Source: a virus
Taxonomy: Duplodnaviria; Caudoviricetes
Virus record (IMG/VR): IMGVR_UViG_3300032321_002024
Span: 32,001 to 96,000 of that record
Reading direction: 5' to 3' (one strand)
Length of the DNA stretch: 64,000 nucleotides
The notes under the pieces are model-generated. The model made no database searches. It had not been told where the DNA came from and was given only the letters and a program-made list of their open reading frames with translations. A program made the translations under genes and the position numbers. The stretch's first letter is position 1; every line of letters begins with the position of its first letter. Shown here piece by piece: positions 30,586 to 41,014 of the stretch.

Positions 30586-30626
30586 AAAAGACCAGATTTA
30601 TCTTCGGATAGTCTGGTCTTTTTTTT
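30586..30626 (+). terminator. Strong intrinsic terminator with cUUCGg loop
   Basis: AAAAGACCAGATTTATC-TTCG-GATAGTCTGGTC followed by a T run. Confidence 0.85.
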
Positions 30627-30658
30627 GTTAAAAAATTAAATAAAATAAAAATAAAGTT

Positions 30659-32110
30659 ATGTCAAAATTTAACCAAACATTACCAAAACAAAAAACACTA
30701 ACTGAAAACTTAGCTGGTGGTCAAGCTTACACTCAATCTAGTGAGTTGGCTCTTGTATCTTTGTTATTGACTTCATTTGTCAATGACCAATTTTATAGAG
30801 GTGCTAAAGATACACTCAATGATTTGAAGAAGTTGTCCGAGAAAGTTAAAGACAAAGAATTTGTCGCTAAATCTGCTATCTATGCTCGTGATAAGTTTGG
30901 AATGCGTAGTATAACTCACGCACTTGCTGGTGAATTGACTTCTCAGTTGAATGGTGTTGAGTGGGGTAAAGACTTTTACAACAAAGTTGTTGTAAGAGTA
31001 GATGACATGACTGAAATTCTTTCTTATTACTTAGCTTACAAAACTGAAAAAGACAATCCTAAGTTTCCAAACTCTTTGAAAAAAGGATTTGCAAAAGCTT
31101 TTGATAAATTTGACGGTTACCAGTTAGCTAAGTACAAAGGAGAAAACAAAGATGTTAAACTAGTTGATATTGTTAACTTAGTTCACCCTGTTCCAACAGT
31201 TAGAAATAAAGAAGCTTTAGAACTTCTTATCAAAGGTGAGTTGAAAAACACTGATACTTGGGAAGCTAAATTATCTCAAGTAGGACAACAAGCTGAATCT
31301 GAAGAAGAATTGGCTGATCTTAAGTCAAATGCTTGGTCAGAACTTATCTCCTCAAGAAAATTGGGTTATTTTGCACTTCTTAGAAACTTAAGAAACATTA
31401 TTACTCAGTCTCCTGGTTCTGTAAAGGCAGCTTGTGAAATGTTAGTTGATGAAAAATTAATTAAAAACTCACGAGTTCTTCCTTTCCGTTTTGCAACAGC
31501 TTATGATGAAATCAATAAAATTGGTTCATCTAAAGAAGTTAGAGACGTTTTGGTGGCTATTAATGGAGCACTTGAAGTTTCTATTCAAAACGTTCCAAAG
31601 TTTGATGGTGAGACTCTTGTTGTTATGGACGTTTCTGGTTCTATGATGGGTAGAGCATCTGAAATTGCTTCTCTTTTTGGAGCTGTTTTAGCAAAAGCAA
31701 ATAACTGTGATGTTATGACTTTTGCAACCGATGCTAACTACAAGTCATACAATCCTTTGGATTCTGTAATGTCTATTAGAAATAGCTTTAAATATTCAGG
31801 TGGTGGAACTAATTTCAAAGCCATTTTTACAAAAGCAAACAAAAAGTATGATAATATATTGATCCTTAGTGATTTACAAGGTTGGATTGGATACACATCA
31901 CCTACAAAGGAATTTAACGATTATAAGAAAATATTTAATTGTAACCCTCATGTGTTCTCATGGGATCTTGCTGGTTATGGGACATTGCAATTTCCAGAAA
32001 ATAATGTTTTTGCTTTAGCGGGATTCTCTGATAAAGTTTTCGATATAATCGAACTATTAAAAACCGATAGAAAAGCTTTGCTAAATGAGGTTAAATCTAT
32101 TCAGATATAA
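30659..32110 (+). CDS. rsr: Ro60/Rsr TROVE + vWA domain RNA-binding protein
   Basis: NLAGGQAY, YQLAKY, TWE, ALLRNLRNI, SRVLPFRF, vWA DVSGSM, GGT, SDLQ. Confidence 0.92.
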   Translation: MSKFNQTLPKQKTLTENLAGGQAYTQSSELALVSLLLTSFVNDQFYRGAKDTLNDLKKLSEKVKDKEFVAKSAIYARDKFGMRSITHALAGELTSQLNGVEWGKDFYNKVVVRVDDMTEILSYYLAYKTEKDNPKFPNSLKKGFAKAFDKFDGYQLAKYKGENKDVKLVDIVNLVHPVPTVRNKEALELLIKGELKNTDTWEAKLSQVGQQAESEEELADLKSNAWSELISSRKLGYFALLRNLRNIITQSPGSVKAACEMLVDEKLIKNSRVLPFRFATAYDEINKIGSSKEVRDVLVAINGALEVSIQNVPKFDGETLVVMDVSGSMMGRASEIASLFGAVLAKANNCDVMTFATDANYKSYNPLDSVMSIRNSFKYSGGGTNFKAIFTKANKKYDNILILSDLQGWIGYTSPTKEFNDYKKIFNCNPHVFSWDLAGYGTLQFPENNVFALAGFSDKVFDIIELLKTDRKALLNEVKSIQI

Positions 32111-33089
32111 AATCATTCTCTGATAGAATTCCTTTTTTTCTATTAATTGACCTTTTTGTTATACAGAGATTTCTAATATCTCCTATAATAGAAGGGTCAA
32201 TTTTATTTATGAATCCAAAGTGTATAGAGATTTTATGATCGATAGATGGGTAATTATTATTATTATGATGTAGGTTATAATTATCCTTTATTAATTCATT
32301 ATCATAATAATCATAACCATTCCAATTTTCTATGAGTCTTTTTTTAACTCTATGTGTTAATTTCCATACCTCATTTTTATAAATATCAAATTCGGTCTTT
32401 TTCTCTATCGGAATATATGGGTTGTATCCATGTTTTTTTTCAAAAAAGTCCCCCTTTATTTTATTTGAAGAGAATATATGGTCAAATCCATAGTTTTTAT
32501 TAAAAGTTTCTTTCTTTTTATCTTTTATAGAATCTAATTTTGAAACATTATCAACTCCAAATTTTTCGATAATATTCTTTTTAAACTTTTTCATAAATTG
32601 TTTTGATTTCATGTGATGTGAAACACCATATTTCTCTATATTTTTTTCAATTCTTGTTTGGTTTATTTCATCTGTTTGTAAATAAAAATCAACACCATAT
32701 TTATCATTATTTGTTTTTTTAGTTTTTTCTATATACTCTTTTGTTTTAGTGAAACTACTTACACCATATTTCTCTATACAGGTTTCTTTTCTTTTCTTTG
32801 ATACTTCCGGATCAGCATAAATACATTTTCTAGAGCATCTTTTGGAATAACCAATACTATATTTCAGATAGTTAACGGGACTTCCACAATAACATAAAAC
32901 CCTATTTTTAATATTATTGTCTATACAATAGATCCTTTCTCCTATACCAGACTCTTCTGGTAGAAATATGGTTCTATTTTTTAACTCAATATTTAACTCA
33001 ATATTTTTAAACCTTGATATTTTTTCTCTTATAGGTAGTTTTATAACTTCTTCAAAATCCATAATGTATATATTAAAAATGACAGTCAC
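32097..33089 (-). CDS. Putative HNH-type homing endonuclease with EKYGV repeats
   Basis: CYCG..CSRKC zinc motif, repeated (E/D)K(Y/F)GV, C-terminal SIDHKIS...NL...INRKK. Confidence 0.7.
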   Translation of the reverse strand: MTVIFNIYIMDFEEVIKLPIREKISRFKNIELNIELKNRTIFLPEESGIGERIYCIDNNIKNRVLCYCGSPVNYLKYSIGYSKRCSRKCIYADPEVSKKRKETCIEKYGVSSFTKTKEYIEKTKKTNNDKYGVDFYLQTDEINQTRIEKNIEKYGVSHHMKSKQFMKKFKKNIIEKFGVDNVSKLDSIKDKKKETFNKNYGFDHIFSSNKIKGDFFEKKHGYNPYIPIEKKTEFDIYKNEVWKLTHRVKKRLIENWNGYDYYDNELIKDNYNLHHNNNNYPSIDHKISIHFGFINKIDPSIIGDIRNLCITKRSINRKKGILSENDFISE

Positions 33090-33138
33090 TTTATATTATC
33101 TGATGAATAAATATTAAACCCACTAATTAGTGACTTTT

Positions 33139-33912
33139 TTATTTCCAGATGTTTTCTAAGTCGATTTTGGAATTTATATCGACTTCTTTTCCTTCCTTAA
33201 TTAAGGAGTATTTTTGTAGTGGTACGAAAGTTTCAATAGTTTTTTTTACTTTTTCTAACTCATCTTTTTCCAAATCGTGATTGAAAATTTGTATTAAGTT
33301 ATCAATTTCGTTAAAAGTTAAAAAGTTTTTATCTCCAACAAAATAAGTAAAGTCGTAGTTTAAACTTTGATATTTATAAGCGTCGTAAGATGATGATTTA
33401 TGAAATAAAAAAAATGTCAAACTGTTTTCAACTCCAATTGAAGGTAAAGAGTATATATAACCATTTAATTTGAAGTTTTTTTCAATTGAGTTGTAACCTT
33501 TCATAACTTCATCACCTAATTTATAATAGTTAAAAGTTTTATAGTCGAACTCAATATCATCTAATTTATTGTTGACTTCATCAACATAATTAATCATAAT
33601 GTTTTGATTCTTAGTGTATTTTACAATTTCTAAAAACAAAAAAACAACATCTATACTTTTAATATCTTCAAATATATAACCTTTGGAAAGAATTATATTA
33701 TTCTCTACAATTTGTTTTACTTTTTGAATAATTACAGCTAAATTATTCTTGACAAAGTTTTTCTCATATTCTTTGATATCCTCTTCTTTTGACTTCTTTA
33801 TAAATATAAAAAAATCATCTTTATAGAAAAGACCTTGAGATGGTAATTTAGATTTATCAATCTTTTTCTGAGAAAAAATCAAGTCTTTGAGTATGTTATA
33901 GATAGATAACAT
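33139..33912 (-). CDS. Baseplate hub-like protein (gp26-like)
   Basis: LPSQGLFY, D..FLFLEI, PSIG pattern recalled from T4-like hub proteins. Confidence 0.55.
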   Translation of the reverse strand: MLSIYNILKDLIFSQKKIDKSKLPSQGLFYKDDFFIFIKKSKEEDIKEYEKNFVKNNLAVIIQKVKQIVENNIILSKGYIFEDIKSIDVVFLFLEIVKYTKNQNIMINYVDEVNNKLDDIEFDYKTFNYYKLGDEVMKGYNSIEKNFKLNGYIYSLPSIGVENSLTFFLFHKSSSYDAYKYQSLNYDFTYFVGDKNFLTFNEIDNLIQIFNHDLEKDELEKVKKTIETFVPLQKYSLIKEGKEVDINSKIDLENIWK

Positions 33913-33973
33913 AGTTTTCTTTATTTAGATTATATATTAAATACAGAAGACTTGTAGTTTCAATATATACTGA

Positions 33974-34681
33974 ATGATTATTTTAGGGGATTGTTTACAA
34001 GAATTACCAAAAATTGAAAGTAATTCAATTGATTTGATAATTACTGATCCACCATATCTTATTTCAAGAGACTCTAATTTCAAACAAATATCCGATTCAA
34101 CATCAAAAGAAATGTCTACTAAGTATAATATTTCAATTGACTTTGGTGATTGGGATAAAGTTGAATTAGACTTTAATTATTTATTCAAAGAATGGTTTAG
34201 AATCCTAAAGAAAGGTGGAACATTAATTGTTTTTTATGATGTTTGGAAATCCAATGAAATTAAAGAATCCGCTAATATAGTTGGATTTAAACAACCAAGA
34301 GTTTGTGCATGGACAAAAACAAATCCTGTTCCTATAAACTCTAAAACAAATTATCTGTCTAATGCTACTGAATACTTTTTTACCTTTGTAAAAGGCGGTA
34401 AACCAACTTTTAATTCAGCATATGATAACGGATTTTATAAATTTCCAATTTGTCACGGTAAAGAAAGACTTCAACATCCAACACAAAAACCTTTATCATT
34501 AATTTCTCAATTAATAGAAAAACATTCAAATTCAGGAGATTTAGTTTTAGATAATTTTGCTGGAACCGGAACTGTTGGCGAAGCTTGTGTTAAGTTAGGT
34601 AGAGATTATATTTTAATAGAAAAAGAAGAAACATACTTTAATATGATTGATAGTAGATTAAACAAATCTATAATTAGTTAA
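33974..34681 (+). CDS. Beta-class N6A/N4C DNA methyltransferase
   Basis: TDPPY, HPTQKP, VLDNFAGTGT. Confidence 0.92.
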   Translation: MIILGDCLQELPKIESNSIDLIITDPPYLISRDSNFKQISDSTSKEMSTKYNISIDFGDWDKVELDFNYLFKEWFRILKKGGTLIVFYDVWKSNEIKESANIVGFKQPRVCAWTKTNPVPINSKTNYLSNATEYFFTFVKGGKPTFNSAYDNGFYKFPICHGKERLQHPTQKPLSLISQLIEKHSNSGDLVLDNFAGTGTVGEACVKLGRDYILIEKEETYFNMIDSRLNKSIIS

Positions 34682-34703
34682 TATAAAAAATAAAATTTTA
34701 ACA

Positions 34704-35105
34704 ATGTCGATAATAGTTAAAAACTCACAATTAAACACCGAAACCGTAAATGCTCTTAATTTTCTAATTGATTTAGATATAAAAGCGTCTACTGCATTTA
34801 GATTATCAAGAATAATAAAAGAGATTTCCTCAATTGTAGAAGATAAACTTAAAATGGAGAAAAGAATTCTTGATAAATGGGTTGAAAAAGATGAAGATGG
34901 AAATCCTAAGCAAGCACTTGATAATAATGGTCAAGTGATTGAAGGAGCTGTTAATTTAACTGATCCTGAATCTTTTACACAAGAGATGCAAAGTCTTATG
35001 GATGTCGAAAACGAAATACCTTTTGAAAAAATAAATTTTGAAGATTTAGAGTTGCAAACTGCTAAAGTAAAAGACCTAATGAAATTAGAGTTTCTGTTTA
35101 ATTAA
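34704..35105 (+). CDS. Hypothetical phage protein
   Basis: 133-aa ORF. Confidence 0.7.
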   Translation: MSIIVKNSQLNTETVNALNFLIDLDIKASTAFRLSRIIKEISSIVEDKLKMEKRILDKWVEKDEDGNPKQALDNNGQVIEGAVNLTDPESFTQEMQSLMDVENEIPFEKINFEDLELQTAKVKDLMKLEFLFN

Positions 35106-35175
35106 AAAGATTTTTAAGCCTGATGACATCATCAGGCTTTTTCTTTTTAATATATAATCAAAAAAGTGATTCTTA

Positions 35176-36822
35176 ATGTCAGCAACTTACAGTATTAATG
35201 TAGGAACTATAACAGAGGCCCTAAAAAAATCAGATATTTACTCAGCATTATTTGATTTACCAGATAATGTTCAAAAGAAAATATCTCCAAAAGATCTAAG
35301 AGATGCTATTTTTACATCTTGGGCATCAGCTGCTTTTAAGCTTACTACTCCTGATTCTATATCAACCGAGTATATTGGAATTGACTCTTCAAATCCTGAA
35401 GATAGAGATATTAAGAAAAAAATATTACTTGGTAAAAGAAGTGTTGGTAACTTAGATGTAGTTAGTGATACCCTTTTAAATATTTCAGATGCTGATATAT
35501 TTTTCTATAACACAAAGCCTGAAAATGTTTCTCAAAATCAAACTAAAATTTCAATATTAGCTGGAACTGATTCTAATCTTTTCTATACAGCTCCTTTTAT
35601 ATCGGCTAGTTATTCTGTTACAGATAGCACAATAAATATGGATATTACCAATCCTTCTTTAGCTGGTGGTGCTATTAATATTTATTCAAGCACTGGAAGA
35701 ATTGGAATTAATGCGGTTGCTTTTCCGACCGTTGGTGAAACAAATGCTACCGCGTCAAGTGGTAAAATCTTAAAATATTATGGAACTTATCCAAATGGAT
35801 TTTTGAAATGGGCTAATCCAGATGTTACAACTTCGGTTATTGGATCAACCGGTTCACCAACTTATATTTACGGAAGTTCTAGTTATGTAAATGGATATCC
35901 ATTAGAATTCATTGTTGATGGTCAAATTGTTCCAGAAACAATTGGTGGTATTTTACAAGGTGATAGTTTTACATCATCTTCTTATTACTCTACTATAAAT
36001 TCAGCTTATCAAAACTGGCCTATAGTTGAAGTAATGAGAAAGTTGTTATATCCTTACATTGAACCTGAATTAAACATTTCAGTTGTAAATAGTGTTACCG
36101 GAACTACTTATGCTGAAGTTGGAACTACACCATCGATTTCAATAAACTTTTCAATAAAAACATTTGCTAGAGATTCAAATGAATATATTAGAGATTATTA
36201 TATTGTAAATTCAGCTACTTATTCGAATCCAACATTCAGTGTTGGTGGATTCAGTTATTCAGCTGTTCCTGGTTCAACACTTACTTTAGCAGCGAGTGGA
36301 ACAACTTATAGTGGTGTGACTGGTTCTATTAACTATGGTTTAAAAGTTTCAAATAAATGGATTCCGGCTTGGGGATATTCATACAGTGCAACAGCTTCAA
36401 TTAATTTTATTCAACCAATTGTAAGTGCTTTTGTCGGAACAAGTAGTTTGGATTTCTTAGTTGTTGATGGAACACTACCAGAGCAAGTACACAGAGCAAA
36501 TTCGACTAAAGTCATCTTAGACGGTATTACTGTTTCAAGCACAAGAAAAATTGTTCCTTATCCTGGCTTGAGTCAATCTGTTACTATGGATGTTGATGGT
36601 CAAGGTTATTTATATTTTGCTAGTCCAACTACTTATGGTTATTTGAAGTATATTAAAGATCCAAACGGATTTATAATACATGATTATAATAACTTTACTT
36701 ATTCTGCTTTTACATACTCTATCTCTGTTAATACAGGAACTCCTTTTGGAACTTATTACTTGTATAGAACATCAGCTACTTGTAGTTATGTAGGTGGTGG
36801 TGAATTTGAATTTATATTTTAA
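35176..36822 (+). CDS. Virion structural (tail/fibre-associated) protein
   Basis: S/T/G/Y-rich beta composition; paralogous to next ORF. Confidence 0.65.
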   Translation: MSATYSINVGTITEALKKSDIYSALFDLPDNVQKKISPKDLRDAIFTSWASAAFKLTTPDSISTEYIGIDSSNPEDRDIKKKILLGKRSVGNLDVVSDTLLNISDADIFFYNTKPENVSQNQTKISILAGTDSNLFYTAPFISASYSVTDSTINMDITNPSLAGGAINIYSSTGRIGINAVAFPTVGETNATASSGKILKYYGTYPNGFLKWANPDVTTSVIGSTGSPTYIYGSSSYVNGYPLEFIVDGQIVPETIGGILQGDSFTSSSYYSTINSAYQNWPIVEVMRKLLYPYIEPELNISVVNSVTGTTYAEVGTTPSISINFSIKTFARDSNEYIRDYYIVNSATYSNPTFSVGGFSYSAVPGSTLTLAASGTTYSGVTGSINYGLKVSNKWIPAWGYSYSATASINFIQPIVSAFVGTSSLDFLVVDGTLPEQVHRANSTKVILDGITVSSTRKIVPYPGLSQSVTMDVDGQGYLYFASPTTYGYLKYIKDPNGFIIHDYNNFTYSAFTYSISVNTGTPFGTYYLYRTSATCSYVGGGEFEFIF

Positions 36823-36825
36823 AAT

Positions 36826-38340
36826 ATGTCTACATTTAGTATTAACATAGGATCTGCTACTCAAACTTCAGGTTATGAACTTGGTGGAACAAGTAGTGAT
36901 TTGGATAACATTATATTATATAATTTTAGAGACAATGTTTCTGGGTTAGTGACTCCTGAGTCGGTGAGAGATGCTGTTTTTTCTTTAAATGTGAGTTATC
37001 CTTTTAAAGAAACTACAACCGGAACCACATCTTATATTGGTATTGATACTTTAAATCCAAGTGGTAGAGATTTAAAAGATAGAAAATTATTCTTTGGAAA
37101 AAGAGCTTATTCAGGAACATATTCCTATACTGATCCTCAGACTTATAATATAATGGATTCGACACTACTTAGTAGTGATACGGATATATTTTTTTATAAT
37201 ACTAAATTAGATACTGTTTCAAATGAAGCTACTAAAATATTATTAATATCTGGAACAGGTGCTAATACTTTTCAAGATTCTCCTTTAATTCAATCACAAA
37301 TAGTAACTGGTTTAACACAAAATTCAACCTCTTTAGACTTTATAAATGCAGGAGATATATCTGTAAAAAGTGATTATGGAACAGTTTCATTAAATGATAT
37401 ACATTTTCCACAAACTGCTAATAATCCTTCAAACTTAGATACTTTGATGTTTGTTGGAGCAACTGGATCCACTGCTGCTACATCTTGGCAACAGATTACA
37501 TTTCCTCCACTATCTCAATTAGGGGGATATTTAGGTGTCACTGGTTCTCCAATTAACTTTTTTGGAACACCTGTATATATGAACGACTATCCACTTGAGT
37601 TCACTGATAGTAGAAGAATGCCAATAGATTTTAACGATTTAGATATAGGTTCTACATTTTCACAAGTTCCTTTAGTTGAAATGTTAAAAAGAATTGTATT
37701 TCCTTATCTACCACCTGAAGGACAAATTCAGATTGTTGGTCAATATGCTGGTGGATATGCTGAAGTTGGAACTTTCCCATCACCAACAATACAATGGTCT
37801 ATAAAAAAGAGAACTTTTGATACTCAGATAACATCTCTGATGAATATGATTCCAGGAGCTTATCCTGCAATTACAGGAACTGGTGAACAAACAATTTTAG
37901 GGTCTTCAATCGGTATTGTAATTTCACCTATTTCAGCAACTTCTACTGAGTTCAAAATTATAGTTGGTGATGGAACTCAATCAGGTTCTGCCTCGACAAC
38001 ATTGACGGGTATATATCCTTATTTTTATGGATATTCAACTTTATCTACTATGACTAATGTTGGTTTATCATCTTTAACAAAAGAATTATCTTTTAAAGAA
38101 GATAAAGAACTGGACCTTTACGGAAGTGGTAATTATTTTTATTTCATATATGATTTTAATTGGGGAACTTTATCAAACATATTTGATGATTATGGTGTGA
38201 CTTGTTCTGCTTCTTTTTCAGCAACGTCATCTATATTTTCTTCACCAACTGGTTTATGGGCTGGTAAAAATTTTTATATTTATAAGTGGTCTTCACCACC
38301 TACATTTACAAACTCCACATTATATGATTTTAATTTTTAA
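36826..38340 (+). CDS. Virion structural protein, paralog of 35176..36822
   Basis: Shared blocks: SIN(V/I)G, DN...P...RDA, YIGID, GKR, DIFFYNTK, YPLEF, YAEVGT. Confidence 0.65.
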   Translation: MSTFSINIGSATQTSGYELGGTSSDLDNIILYNFRDNVSGLVTPESVRDAVFSLNVSYPFKETTTGTTSYIGIDTLNPSGRDLKDRKLFFGKRAYSGTYSYTDPQTYNIMDSTLLSSDTDIFFYNTKLDTVSNEATKILLISGTGANTFQDSPLIQSQIVTGLTQNSTSLDFINAGDISVKSDYGTVSLNDIHFPQTANNPSNLDTLMFVGATGSTAATSWQQITFPPLSQLGGYLGVTGSPINFFGTPVYMNDYPLEFTDSRRMPIDFNDLDIGSTFSQVPLVEMLKRIVFPYLPPEGQIQIVGQYAGGYAEVGTFPSPTIQWSIKKRTFDTQITSLMNMIPGAYPAITGTGEQTILGSSIGIVISPISATSTEFKIIVGDGTQSGSASTTLTGIYPYFYGYSTLSTMTNVGLSSLTKELSFKEDKELDLYGSGNYFYFIYDFNWGTLSNIFDDYGVTCSASFSATSSIFSSPTGLWAGKNFYIYKWSSPPTFTNSTLYDFNF

Positions 38341-38371
38341 TAATGGGTATTTAAAATTTTATATATAGATT

Positions 38372-39949
38372 ATGTCAATACAGTTAATAGATAATTTTTA
38401 TTTAAACTCTTCAAAGCCATTGGATAATCGTTTTGTTGTTGGTTCTCAGTCTTATTATACAAATAGAGATTTAATTGATTGGAAATATGTCGGTATGAGA
38501 GTTTGGGATTTAAATGATGGTGTCAATGGTATGCCATATGTTTGGACCGGAACCACATATAGTAGTGAAAACTCGGTTTCAATTGGTGGTTCAGGAACCG
38601 TAAATCAAATTCCAAAATTTGTTACTACAACAACGGTAGATGATTCTATTATTTATGATGATGGAACTTATGTTGGTGTTGGTAATACTACTCCTGTTTA
38701 TAAATTAGATGTTAGTGGTGCTATTAGAACAACTGATGGGTTTATTGGAAATGGTGCTACTATAAGTAATATAAATGCTGATAACATAACAAGTGGGACT
38801 TTATTATTGAATAGAATTCAAAACTCTTCAAATTCAAATTGGTTATTAACTTCTGGTCTTGGTGGACCTGGTCAGTCTACTTGGGTAGATCCAACAGCCG
38901 TGACGGTTGGTAACGCGACTAACGCGACTAACGCGACAAATGCAACTAACACATCAAATGTTAATGTCACTACTACATCATTGAACAGTTCTTATAATTT
39001 GGTATTTGCTACTACAACTGGTAATACTATAATTTATACAAATACAACTAATGCTCCAAAAATAAATCCAAGTACTGGAAATGTTGGTATAGGCACTGCT
39101 GTGAATGCGTCGTATAAATTAGCAGTTGCTGGGGATGTTAGTTTCAGTAGTGCAATATATTTAAATTCTAGTTTATCTATTAGTGGTAGTGGTAATTATG
39201 TATATTTTAAAAAAACTGGTGTTAATGTTTGTGGTATATTTTTAGAAAACTCGTTAGGTCTCTCATCTGCTAAATCTTTATATCATGATGGAAATGGTGA
39301 TTTAATCACGGGTGGTAATTTGGGTAGTAGATTTGGTAACTTTAGATTAGATAACTCCACTTCTGGAACTGCTAGAGCTTTCTTACGAGATAGATTAAGA
39401 CTAGGAACTGATTCTGATACTGGTCAAAGTGGAAATTTACAAGTTACATCTAGTGCTACTAATGTAGATGGTGCTTCTTTTAAGGCACATAATGATACTA
39501 ATAATATAATAAATTTTGTTAGCACATTAGGAACTTTGAGAGGTAAAATAAGAGGTACAGGAACTGCATCTGTTTCTTATGATACTTCTTCTGATAGAAG
39601 ATTAAAAGAAGATATTTCTACTATGGAAACCATGATTGATAAAATAATGTTATTAAATCCTGCTACCTACAAATGGAAAGGAGATAATTCTAGTAGTTTT
39701 GGATTTGTAGCACAAGAGGTTTATAATGTCTTTCCTGAGTTAAGACCAGATATTTCATCTTATTGTGATGGAAATGATTTGGAAAATCCAATTGATAGAA
39801 ACGGAAATCCTTATTATTATGGACTAGATTATGGACAATTTACACCTTTTTTAACTAAGGCCTTACAGGAAGTTATATCAAATTACGAAGATTTAATTGA
39901 GAAAATAAAGACTTGTGACTCCTTAGAAGATTTGAAAAATAGTTTATAA
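38372..39949 (+). CDS. Tail fibre with C-terminal S74 intramolecular chaperone
   Basis: VGVGNTTP/GNVGIGT repeats; SSDRRLKEDI...GFVAQEV...LDYG..coiled coil. Confidence 0.85.
   Translation: MSIQLIDNFYLNSSKPLDNRFVVGSQSYYTNRDLIDWKYVGMRVWDLNDGVNGMPYVWTGTTYSSENSVSIGGSGTVNQIPKFVTTTTVDDSIIYDDGTYVGVGNTTPVYKLDVSGAIRTTDGFIGNGATISNINADNITSGTLLLNRIQNSSNSNWLLTSGLGGPGQSTWVDPTAVTVGNATNATNATNATNTSNVNVTTTSLNSSYNLVFATTTGNTIIYTNTTNAPKINPSTGNVGIGTAVNASYKLAVAGDVSFSSAIYLNSSLSISGSGNYVYFKKTGVNVCGIFLENSLGLSSAKSLYHDGNGDLITGGNLGSRFGNFRLDNSTSGTARAFLRDRLRLGTDSDTGQSGNLQVTSSATNVDGASFKAHNDTNNIINFVSTLGTLRGKIRGTGTASVSYDTSSDRRLKEDISTMETMIDKIMLLNPATYKWKGDNSSSFGFVAQEVYNVFPELRPDISSYCDGNDLENPIDRNGNPYYYGLDYGQFTPFLTKALQEVISNYEDLIEKIKTCDSLEDLKNSL
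38912..38950 (+). repeat. 9-bp tandem repeat encoding (NAT)n
   Basis: AACGCGACT AACGCGACT AACGCGACA AATGCAACT AAC. Confidence 0.8.
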
Positions 39950-39956
39950 TTTATAA

Positions 39957-40637
39957 TTAATCCATTTTCTCAAACCACCAATTAAAGTAAATATAGTTAT
40001 CACCTACTAAGTTATAGACATTAGATTCGTATCGAATTACTAACTTTTCGTCATAAGCTCTTACTAATTCAATTTCGATACCTTGTTCCATTTTAAGAAG
40101 TTTTCCAGTTTCTTGTGAATAACAAATTACTTCATCGTTAAGAAGTCTATACATACCTGGTTCTGGTTTTAACCACTCTTTAATTGTTTTAATTACTAAA
40201 CCTTTAATTTTTATTGTCCATTCGATTGGTTGATAAAGGTCCATATCTTTAAATAATTCTGACGTGAAATCGGTGTTTTGACCCAAGATATCTTCAACAA
40301 CACCCCAATAGTCGTCATCATCTATTGTAACAACAACATAACAGTCATACTTTATACCATTTTTAATAATCTTTTGAATTTTTAAGTTTTGTATATCTTG
40401 TTTTTCAAGAGCTAATTTACTTCTTAATTGAGAATAAGCAGTAGTTCCTTTAACATTCATTAAAATGTCTGTGATTCTTGACATCGCTGCTCTAATCGCA
40501 TCTTGATGTTTATCAAAAGCATCTATACTCAATTTTGGATCATCAACGTGAACTGATGCCTGAGCTGAGTCTGGATTAAAACGCTGTAGGTTGAATTCAG
40601 TGAACTCGAGGATAAGATGTTTATTTCTACGTTTCAT
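39957..40637 (-). CDS. Hypothetical protein with N-terminal signal
   Basis: ...LILEFTEF; behind palindromic TATATA element. Confidence 0.7.
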   Translation of the reverse strand: MKRRNKHLILEFTEFNLQRFNPDSAQASVHVDDPKLSIDAFDKHQDAIRAAMSRITDILMNVKGTTAYSQLRSKLALEKQDIQNLKIQKIIKNGIKYDCYVVVTIDDDDYWGVVEDILGQNTDFTSELFKDMDLYQPIEWTIKIKGLVIKTIKEWLKPEPGMYRLLNDEVICYSQETGKLLKMEQGIEIELVRAYDEKLVIRYESNVYNLVGDNYIYFNWWFEKMD

Positions 40638-40659
40638 AATTTAATATATATATTAAATT
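40638..40659. promoter_or_regulatory. Palindromic bidirectional putative late promoter
   Basis: Perfect palindrome AATTTAATATATATATTAAATT between divergent genes. Confidence 0.55.
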
Positions 40660-40673
40660 TTAAAATTCATTCT

Positions 40674-40991
40674 ATGAGAATAAAAAGATTTAATGAATCT
40701 GAAGAAGTTGATATTTCAACTGAAAGAATCGATGAGATAGTTAAAGAATTAAATGAGATTTCTGCATCTATAAAAGATAAGAATAAAACCATTGAATCTT
40801 TGAATAGTGAATTTAATAATTATGTAAGTGATTCTCAAAAAGGTAATGACCAAATAGACGATTCGATATTTGCGTTACAAGTAATCAAAAAGAATTTAGA
40901 TGATACTCAGGATAAGATAGATACGATATTGCAAAATATGAAGAGCTATACTGATGAGGGTAGAAAATACTTATATACCGAAAACAAATAA
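40674..40991 (+). CDS. Coiled-coil protein with N-terminal signal
   Basis: MRIKRFNESEE (ATG 40674). Confidence 0.7.
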   Translation: MRIKRFNESEEVDISTERIDEIVKELNEISASIKDKNKTIESLNSEFNNYVSDSQKGNDQIDDSIFALQVIKKNLDDTQDKIDTILQNMKSYTDEGRKYLYTENK

Positions 40992-41014
40992 CTCATTTTA
41001 TACTAAAACTAATA

